The notes under the pieces: generated by a model
Told to the model about the DNA's origin: nothing
Seen by the model: the letters and a program-made list of their open reading frames with translations, nothing else
The model's database searches: none
Part shown: piece after piece, positions 57,101 to 64,000 of the stretch
Layout of the letters: each line of letters starts with the position of its first letter
Numbering within the stretch: the first letter of the stretch is position 1
DNA from: a virus
Length of the DNA: 64,000 nt
Virus record (IMG/VR): IMGVR_UViG_3300020403_002374
Span: 1 to 64,000 of that record
Strand: one strand, 5' to 3'
Position numbers and translations under genes: made by a program

Positions 57101-58673
57101 CTTCAATATCTCTTGGGCCTACGTTATAGTCCACGGCATTTGACTCGTCAGAACTAGCTTTGTACCAAGAAGCACTATTGGTCATAAGCTGATAGATTTC
57201 TCCAATCTTACCAACATCGCCCGCACGCACATCGACTTCTGGCTCACCGGAAGGGTCAATACCTAACTGAGACACAATCCAGCGACCGTCTATTCTTGTC
57301 AACATAACATCTTCATTTTTACGGAATGTTCGATCCGTAGTCATGTTGTAAACGATCAATGTTTCTTTCTTTTTATCGTTTTCGTCTTCACATCTTGTTT
57401 CTTCTGAATTAAGATAGTTTGGTTGCCACTGTAATTTATTACCATTCTGCATACGTATGGGCATTGCTTCACCACTACTCAATACAAATCTATCCTTCTC
57501 ACTAATATTATCTAAAGCCTCTTTAATGTCTAGCTCTATAAGCCTATCTACATCTGGACTGTTAGCTTTGGGAGGTAAATCACTAACCATTTTAGCGATT
57601 AGATTTGAGTTACCAGCTTCAAACTTCCCGGTATTTGAATTGTAAGACATGTCTAATTCACCAGCAGCTTTGTTTACAGATGCCTCTCCTTCATCTACAT
57701 CTGTCCAAGCTCCATCAGCAGATGCTTCATAAGCCTTACCAGTCACATCACGTCTAACCCCTACAAATGTAGAACTATTTAGTGCGATACCTTGATTGGT
57801 GGTGGGTAAAGTTTTGTCATCATATAGGTACATTTTGAAGTTTACCCATTCTGTAATTGGGCACTCTTCTATAAGTCCATCATTAACATTCACATAAAAA
57901 GTTACTTGACCACTCCAACTAACAACTGGTAAACCACCCTTTGCAGCTTTGATGTCTGCTAAAAGTTCGTGTTCACCCCAAATATCGCTTTTGTTTTCTT
58001 TACCAAAAGTAGTATCATCATCTTTGTCCCAAAGTGTTCTTGGGAAGAACTTATCAAAACCTACATGCCACCTGTTCATCTGTATGAGGTTGTACAGGGG
58101 TTCAATTTCTGAACTCATAGATGGATCTGAATTTAATTCAAACTTATCTTGTGCTGTCGTGTCTTTAAAAATTAAATCACCATCAAGCTCATCCAAAGTT
58201 CCACCGATAATAGGGTTTGCGGAATTGTAGTAATCCCAATTTACATTACCTAAATTAACAGTTCCAATTTGACTTTTGAATTCAAAAGAACCTCCATCAC
58301 CTTTTAAGTCTCCGGGTGCATCATTGCCGTACTTATCACTTAAATTCTGCCTTAAATATCTACCGTCATTTTTTACACCGTCTGTAGGTTTCCATCCGTA
58401 CCAAAAGAATTCAGTGTTATCAAAACTCGATTCAGTTGAGTCATTTTCATAAAATCCAAGAATTCCACCATAACCAACATTTGGGTTATCAAAAGTGTCA
58501 TCAATGCCTTGTTTCTTGTTGAGGTGTCTTCGGTTTACGTAAACACCATCTCCATTTTTAGTATTCCACCAGTCATAAAGAGATCCCGTAGTCATAGTAG
58601 ACAAGCCCAACTCAGCAAAATATGGGTGGTTGGTTTGTATAATATGATAATCTTTTGTAATTGGTTTTTTCAT
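54135..58673 (-). CDS. Large probable tail/baseplate-associated virion protein (1512 aa)
   Basis: Long beta-rich, Asn/Asp/Gly/Tyr-rich ORF in the structural block; no enzyme motif recognised. Confidence 0.6.
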   Translation of the reverse strand: MKKPITKDYHIIQTNHPYFAELGLSTMTTGSLYDWWNTKNGDGVYVNRRHLNKKQGIDDTFDNPNVGYGGILGFYENDSTESSFDNTEFFWYGWKPTDGVKNDGRYLRQNLSDKYGNDAPGDLKGDGGSFEFKSQIGTVNLGNVNWDYYNSANPIIGGTLDELDGDLIFKDTTAQDKFELNSDPSMSSEIEPLYNLIQMNRWHVGFDKFFPRTLWDKDDDTTFGKENKSDIWGEHELLADIKAAKGGLPVVSWSGQVTFYVNVNDGLIEECPITEWVNFKMYLYDDKTLPTTNQGIALNSSTFVGVRRDVTGKAYEASADGAWTDVDEGEASVNKAAGELDMSYNSNTGKFEAGNSNLIAKMVSDLPPKANSPDVDRLIELDIKEALDNISEKDRFVLSSGEAMPIRMQNGNKLQWQPNYLNSEETRCEDENDKKKETLIVYNMTTDRTFRKNEDVMLTRIDGRWIVSQLGIDPSGEPEVDVRAGDVGKIGEIYQLMTNSASWYKASSDESNAVDYNVGPRDIEERFHAYYYNRFNEHTNALFGKYPFYGSHQYDYELNYDIDYGQDGGYNHIKPFSNKIPENRHYWIPARGYVQTTSFDCLDSKVCGIRGRAAGESDICTIATTNPKTNSCGININANPGNRIYGRNGAYTGGFFGLLVEGGYASNSDYFGESRDYVAQPWSYFTGLRASRESNLQSFTAGQIAADAKPFQVGDPEGFDVNAGTNRNNCRHANSKPANEPRQDLDGDIDHRWSRCHFHPEGSMFFQETVNGSTALVQLPADIALNASPSGVNGSPLYSIHKLADMYEAGVPARDTNIYKGANEYLRKVEAVQGETPKYSENDSAFDFKPIGGTLMFRPLKIEAYQQFGSKKANPPQDPDNTSSPQNLTTTTKEVRTGMESEIHRTQFDFSRPVTRCFETREFQDKFNYKNQLFDIQNGLKYGSDIDDIYKYSYNGLSKQCYWATEKNIIGSFLGQTGDGAFQWAPPSMRLGPNAFGVISTFTTVRATKSITITTDNKYGMGNDVSAEFKFGGGVSFDITHTWGAAGPLPDYQKIGYALLAARIFHEHPRNQTVYDPRVFAVHHYNPDIDYAYDMYLDRTSNTTNFNNNSAFSWNRIIAYDDTGSSVTLSNRNGLKKELSGQNAAGEPIVWNYFAPVPSSTVDFKRPARWLLHEDTSYAGAEVHANDGYYVTQYLESGSLMFSNATIDLTNPTPSFFDPPLADEQFWPIVTSRVGKLLPYRYFSYEQGVPSVADNWHESEINILLDGLDHQMFPKTQAPFNENPSFITDLTSNQIKSIIYNGNGFGTGFSVGDKVGIESKNVVLRVTEVADIAGVGEGVPVKLKYEGIGVNVTNTISSGTILSSGFKGPIRLDIIESTNGKDLDLSFLAPQIQSYVVTDPKPRQVIDAQNQTEFIVSSSKTAPQFTQGTYNDQDTGAADAFVVEQNETEIVLDPNFLSENNAYDVFYRFHNDTSMTWLAGDYDAKFHGAGPAGGSASMKLTEQFISASISTS

Positions 58674-58674
58674 C

Positions 58675-61600
58675 CTAGTTCTCCCGATTTAATCCGTCGT
58701 TTGTTCTATTGTCCATGTGCTCATTGTTTTTATCCACCTTGTTTGGTAAAAACTCACTTGGTGTTGTAGAGTACCCCAAGAACATACTTGCTAAAGATCC
58801 TACAGAATTTTTAGATAGGTTTTGCATAGTTTTCCCCGGCTCATCGCTTTGTAAGACACGTTGCATATCTCTTGTAGTCATCATAGTTCCCCCCTCTGAC
58901 CCTACAATTAATACCTGTTCATCTAGTTCCTCGCCTAGTTCTCTATTGGCCTCTCTTTGTGCTGAATTTTTCTCCACGGTATCTAATAGTGTTTTTCCTC
59001 CAGCCTGCATCACAGAATTTACTAAATCAGAACTTGTTGATCTTTTTCCAAGACCCCTTCTTGTTGCAGCATTTTTCTCATCGGTAAGTTTTTGTCTTTC
59101 TCTTGCAATTTGACTTATAGCCATTTCTTTTTGTTTAGCTAGTTTTCCGAATTGAGAAGTGTACAGGTCTAATTTGACAGTTGTCTTTACTCCACCCTCA
59201 CTGACGGATATACCAATTGATGTAATTAGTGGTCCTTCATTTTGTAGTGCTGTTGCTAAAGCAATCCCAGTCGGTGCATCTGGTATTACAAAACCCCCAC
59301 GCTCACTAAATAACAACAAGCTATTAGAAAAGTTTGCCTTCGTGCTACCCGCCTCATTTAGTAATTGATACCCCGCATAATTCCAAGGTGTCAACTCTTC
59401 GTCTTTCACAAACTCAACTTTACCACCTATATCAGAAAACTTTATTCTTGCGTCTGCACCGGGATCTAATTGTGATGCGGAAACCCAAGGACCATAACAT
59501 CTTTCCATTGACATCAAGGGTATAACAAATAGGTCAGGAACAATTGGAGATGGTGATGAGTAACCGAGAGAAACTTGAGGTTGACCGGCTATAAAGCCCT
59601 GATTAATTATCTTAGTTTGCTTTCTAGCCTCTGTAATCTGTCCTAGAGTAAGCTGGAGCCAGTTTTCTGGCTTTCCCGGTCTATAACCCGACTCTGGTAG
59701 ATTGTACCCCCCGCCAAAAATCTTAGCCTTACCAAGTTCAACATAATCCAGAAGGCTAGGTAGGTAATGACTACCAGTTAGTCCATATCCACTAGCTGCT
59801 GCTTCTGCTTCATCTTGAGTGTCAAATACTGGTGCTGGTCCACAAGCAAGTGGTATTCCAGAGTTCGTTTCCGCAAGGTTCGGTTTGCTAAACGCAGGAT
59901 TCATAAATACAACATCTTGCATCATTAAGTGTTTTTTCTCCACAGATTTAAATGCTTGCAGAGGTCCATCTTTCCACCTTATGTCTGCTGTGCTTTTAAT
60001 TCTTCCGGGCACAGTAACCAAAGCGTAGACATGTTCATCATCTAGGTTTTTAGTGTCTGACTCTATGATATCTGCTTCTAACACAGGGTCATAATTTCTT
60101 TTGAAACACCACCAATCTTCAGCGTACCCATCTTTACCACCATCTTTTGGAACTGAAAAAATGGGATTAACATCAGGATAATCTGTAATATACTTAGTGG
60201 TGCAGTTGTTAGAATCTTTTACTGCTCTAATCTCCGGTTCAGGGACAGTCAACTTCATCTCGTATTCTCTAGCCCAAACGTCAGTAGACTTTTTCTCTAG
60301 TTTTGGAGGCATATAAAACTTTTCATCTAATTCGCACCTAACAAAGGCCATAGACGGAGGCTGTCTTTCTTTCAGTCTTTGACCCTTTTCATATTCTTCT
60401 AATGAGGAAAATGATAGATCCGGTTTGCTTTCATTATTATTTGGAAGCTGCTCAACAACATCTGGCATGAATGTTCCGCCATAAGAAATTGTTTGTTGTG
60501 ACATTTCTCCACCATTAACACCGCCAAACTCTAGCAGATGACTGTTCTCATACTTGACATAACATTGCATCCGATTAGACTGAGACATAAAATTAGTGAC
60601 ATCCATCGGGCACAACCCCTGCTGTATAGCAAGCGGTAACTTTGACCAATTACCAAGAATATCAGTGTAATCTAAGGCGGTGGTATTTATACCAAATTGA
60701 TCATATGTAAAATACCCACCCTGTGGTTCAGGTTTATAATTCCATTCCCACTGTTCACTGAACGGGTTGTAGTTCCCCTTTAATGCTCCACCGTCCCAAC
60801 TAGCAGCAATAGGTAATCTATCGTTTAAGTTTTTAGGATGATCTAACGGGTCTTGGTAATCTTTTAGGTAATGATGTACAACGTCACCTTCATCCACCCT
60901 TAGCATTTGTCTAATTAATTCTAGACGAATCAAAAATTCTGGAGAGGTTTCAACATTAGGATTATAGTCTACTGCTCTAGGTTTGAAACCAAAGGGTCCA
61001 AATTGAATATTATTTAGAGCTTCAGAACCATCAAAGATTTTTATTCTATTTTTAAAATTAACATTTGCTCGTTTAGGAATTCTAACTAGGAATTTTTTAC
61101 CTAAGCACTCTTCAGCCACCTTTCGGACAAACTCGTATACCTTCTTAGCATTTTCATCATGCTTCTTTGCCGTCTTATCTATATTGTACAGGAATTTATC
61201 TAATAATCCGCCCTCTCCGTCTGCACCGCCTGTTATAGCTTCTACCTCGGCAATTCTATCTTCATTGCCCGACAAATTATTTTGCAAAGCATCCCAATTC
61301 TTATAGACTTTTTTTGCCTCTTCTATATTTTTGACAAATTCTTTGTATTTAGAGGTTGTCTTATATTCTTGATTTGTATCGGATTTTTGTTGTACAAACT
61401 TTCTAAGCTGTGTTTCTAATTTATCTATTCTCTTTTTAAGAATATTTTTAGATGGCACCTCCAGTAAGGGACTTCCACTATTTTCAAACTCTTTTTTAAG
61501 TTCAACCGTGTCAGTTACCAGCTTCGTTTTGGCGTTTATGATCTTACCAACACCAGCCTCAAGAATTCCAATTCTAGTTGCTCTCTTGTAATAAAGAGGA

Positions 61601-63996
61601 TAGCCAAATGGTGGGGAGCAAGGGCTTGCTAGAGTATCGGTATACTCATTCAGGTACTCTTTATCTGATCTGAATACACATCTAGGGACAGTAACCGCAT
61701 ATTGTTTACCCTTAATTCTATTCAAAATACCTTCAACAACATCTTTATCTGACCCACTATCAAGTCCATCAAAATCAACAGCGGTCTTGAAATCATTCAT
61801 AACGTCATCAATCTGATCATTAACGGAGTTTAACGAAGAAAGAAAAGCAGAATGTTCAGACACATCTTCTATAAAAGTGTCATTGTATGAAAGAAGAAAG
61901 TTTTTCCAAGACTTGTAACTAACTAATGCAGCCCTAAGTTCCATCTCTGTAGCTATGTATTGATTACCAACACCAAAAGCATTTAGTGAAGAAGAGTCCA
62001 AAAGAATCTGTTGATACCCGCCAAAACCTCTAGGAATAGTTACAGCCTTTTCTCCAATCATTCCGTAGTAAGGTATTGCCTGCTGTTGCAACATAGTCGT
62101 CAGATCCCACTGTCTCTGACCTATCAGCCTAACCTTTTCTGTATCGAAACGTTGAACCTGTAATTCATCCCTATCTCTCTCGGTAGAAAAATAGTACATG
62201 TCAACTTCTTGACCACCAACCAAAAATTTATCTGTCACAACGTTAGAAAGCTCAAATCCAATATCTCTATTTTCTACGAATACGCCTCTGCTATTTAAAT
62301 TATCTAGATAAGATTTGATTGCACCGTATCTTGGTTGTTGAGTTTTATCAATAGCATCTAACCTAATAATCCCAGCAACAATATTTTCTTTTTTACCAAG
62401 CAAAACCTGTTGCTTGTTGTAATTATATAAAAATTCACAAGATGGGTGGTCAATAACAGGTAGTAGAGAGACAAAAAGTTCATGACTAATAATGTCACAA
62501 AGCTCTTGTGCAAAACTAAGAAGATCCAACTTGTCGAAATCCATGTAATAAAGCAATGGAATTTTTTCTGTAGGAATTCCACCAAAATCTACCACATAAT
62601 TAAAACCTCTAAAGTTTATTTGACTGCCAAACCCCGCATTGAGAAACTCATTGTCTTCTGGTGTGCCTGCACTAAACGGTGTACCAGTTAATGGATACTC
62701 TCCGTAGTACCTAAACATGGCAGCAAGACCTTGTGATATTCTATACCAAGGCATACCTTTTTCGCTACGTCGAGAAAAACCTTGACCGGTGATAGGCCAG
62801 AATTCAGGAGGATTTTTACCGTCTGGTTTTCCTCGTTTTGGAATATAGTACTGATCTAATAGCGTAACTTCTTGCTGTGGAAACTCTACCTGTCGGCCTT
62901 GACCTTCAGAAACATTCCAAGTATACGATGGAATTGTGATCTTAGCTTCAGGACCATCGGTTTTCCAACCTTCAACTCTATCCCAATACGATGAAAATCC
63001 GTTGTACAAAACCCTGCCGTTATCAAGGACTCGTTTTTCTACAATCCCGGCTCGTGCCGAATTGCCTGCTAGAAACTCCAACATCTCTACGGACGGGTCG
63101 TGTTCCAAAAAACCATATAAATTTAATATATTCTTATTGTTAAACGTAGTACCCTGATAGTTATTAAACAATATCTGCACATTAGATAGGATTTCTCTAG
63201 GGTCATTAACGTTTACAGCATATACTGGTTTACCCCCTTGTCCCCTATTTTCTGTATAGCTTTGTAGAATACCGCCAAAAACAAAATGATTCCTACCTCT
63301 CCAATAGGTATCTTTGTCCCAAAGTAAACTTCTATCTTCTATTGTTCCAGTAATTTCGTCGTATAAAAAATATGGCTGAAGATCTACTTTGCTAAAATCT
63401 GGTCCAAAACCATCTGCATGTAATTGCTCCACTGTGATTCTGGGGAACTCATAATTAAATGCATTTTCAGAAGCTGGCCCAACCTCAATCCTATCTGGTA
63501 AAGTTTTTACTTTGTATAGATCGTCAAAAGTCTGTCTATAAGCCTGTTCTACAGACGCTGGATTTTTACCAAACTTAAAATAGACAGGTGTGCCAACCGG
63601 TGGTGGCTTAAACTGATCTGCTTTAGGAACATATTTTGCGTTAGCTGTTTCTGTGCCATGATAATGATCATCACCTTCACCAAGTCTGCTTCTATCAGAT
63701 AAATTATATTCATCGTTGACTAAATTTAGACTTAATGTAGATGTTGAATCACCAAAACCTGCATTTAGATTAAAGTCTCTGATTGAAGCACCCAGAAAAG
63801 TTTGCTGTATAAACCCCTCGTTACCTACATTTGCTGCTCTTAAATTGTCCCTTGTCCAACCGGCACTAGATAGTAGTCCACTAATACCTTGTGGTAGTAC
63901 GAAATGTTCATACCAATACCCCTCTTGATCATTCGGCTCGTTGTATTGACCACTAGAAGGTATCATCCCAAAGTGGAAATCATTTTTATCTGTCAT
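58675..63996 (-). CDS. Very large probable tail/baseplate hub protein (1773 aa or more; start near the window edge)
   Basis: N-terminal FLGASIRDFNLNAGFG..STLSLNLV and C-terminal ITSIGISVSEGGVKTT resemble tail-hub proteins; internal coiled coil. Confidence 0.6.
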   Translation of the reverse strand: MTDKNDFHFGMIPSSGQYNEPNDQEGYWYEHFVLPQGISGLLSSAGWTRDNLRAANVGNEGFIQQTFLGASIRDFNLNAGFGDSTSTLSLNLVNDEYNLSDRSRLGEGDDHYHGTETANAKYVPKADQFKPPPVGTPVYFKFGKNPASVEQAYRQTFDDLYKVKTLPDRIEVGPASENAFNYEFPRITVEQLHADGFGPDFSKVDLQPYFLYDEITGTIEDRSLLWDKDTYWRGRNHFVFGGILQSYTENRGQGGKPVYAVNVNDPREILSNVQILFNNYQGTTFNNKNILNLYGFLEHDPSVEMLEFLAGNSARAGIVEKRVLDNGRVLYNGFSSYWDRVEGWKTDGPEAKITIPSYTWNVSEGQGRQVEFPQQEVTLLDQYYIPKRGKPDGKNPPEFWPITGQGFSRRSEKGMPWYRISQGLAAMFRYYGEYPLTGTPFSAGTPEDNEFLNAGFGSQINFRGFNYVVDFGGIPTEKIPLLYYMDFDKLDLLSFAQELCDIISHELFVSLLPVIDHPSCEFLYNYNKQQVLLGKKENIVAGIIRLDAIDKTQQPRYGAIKSYLDNLNSRGVFVENRDIGFELSNVVTDKFLVGGQEVDMYYFSTERDRDELQVQRFDTEKVRLIGQRQWDLTTMLQQQAIPYYGMIGEKAVTIPRGFGGYQQILLDSSSLNAFGVGNQYIATEMELRAALVSYKSWKNFLLSYNDTFIEDVSEHSAFLSSLNSVNDQIDDVMNDFKTAVDFDGLDSGSDKDVVEGILNRIKGKQYAVTVPRCVFRSDKEYLNEYTDTLASPCSPPFGYPLYYKRATRIGILEAGVGKIINAKTKLVTDTVELKKEFENSGSPLLEVPSKNILKKRIDKLETQLRKFVQQKSDTNQEYKTTSKYKEFVKNIEEAKKVYKNWDALQNNLSGNEDRIAEVEAITGGADGEGGLLDKFLYNIDKTAKKHDENAKKVYEFVRKVAEECLGKKFLVRIPKRANVNFKNRIKIFDGSEALNNIQFGPFGFKPRAVDYNPNVETSPEFLIRLELIRQMLRVDEGDVVHHYLKDYQDPLDHPKNLNDRLPIAASWDGGALKGNYNPFSEQWEWNYKPEPQGGYFTYDQFGINTTALDYTDILGNWSKLPLAIQQGLCPMDVTNFMSQSNRMQCYVKYENSHLLEFGGVNGGEMSQQTISYGGTFMPDVVEQLPNNNESKPDLSFSSLEEYEKGQRLKERQPPSMAFVRCELDEKFYMPPKLEKKSTDVWAREYEMKLTVPEPEIRAVKDSNNCTTKYITDYPDVNPIFSVPKDGGKDGYAEDWWCFKRNYDPVLEADIIESDTKNLDDEHVYALVTVPGRIKSTADIRWKDGPLQAFKSVEKKHLMMQDVVFMNPAFSKPNLAETNSGIPLACGPAPVFDTQDEAEAAASGYGLTGSHYLPSLLDYVELGKAKIFGGGYNLPESGYRPGKPENWLQLTLGQITEARKQTKIINQGFIAGQPQVSLGYSSPSPIVPDLFVIPLMSMERCYGPWVSASQLDPGADARIKFSDIGGKVEFVKDEELTPWNYAGYQLLNEAGSTKANFSNSLLLFSERGGFVIPDAPTGIALATALQNEGPLITSIGISVSEGGVKTTVKLDLYTSQFGKLAKQKEMAISQIARERQKLTDEKNAATRRGLGKRSTSSDLVNSVMQAGGKTLLDTVEKNSAQREANRELGEELDEQVLIVGSEGGTMMTTRDMQRVLQSDEPGKTMQNLSKNSVGSLASMFLGYSTTPSEFLPNKVDKNNEHMDNRTNDGLNREN

Positions 63997-64000
63997 TTCC

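Noticed and set aside
1-64000. Stop-codon reassignment
   Set aside because: Conserved genes are full length in the standard code, and TAA, TAG and TGA all end genes at sensible positions.

Overview
This window looks like part of a large, AT-rich dsDNA tailed-phage genome read in the standard genetic code. The host is probably a Planctomycete, inferred from a Tat-signal DUF1501 gene and a Planctomycete-type secreted protein. The + strand (1-52.7 kb) carries, in order: the 3' end of a probable structured ncRNA; a GT4 glycosyltransferase; a phage sigma factor; a Gly/Ala-rich probable virion protein; and a terminator-bounded membrane cassette (TM-PAS protein, holin-like protein, papain-family protease, thioredoxin lipoprotein, small membrane proteins) proposed here as a protease/disulfide-reductase lysis system. 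These are followed by nucleotide metabolism (nrdA, nrdB, MazG-like, phoH, guaC, dNMP kinase), replication and recombination (RecA/UvsX, DnaB, DnaG, Cas4-like nuclease, an intein-free split DnaE with a separate DEDDh exonuclease, SSB, Rad52-like annealase), and two glycan-biosynthesis islands of about 24 genes. A bidirectional terminator near 52.76 kb separates these from four - strand probable virion genes. Two recurring promoter motifs were found by eye: TTGnnn-N14-GACTATAATA, and GTGTATAATA without a -35. All product calls come from motif recognition, not database searches.
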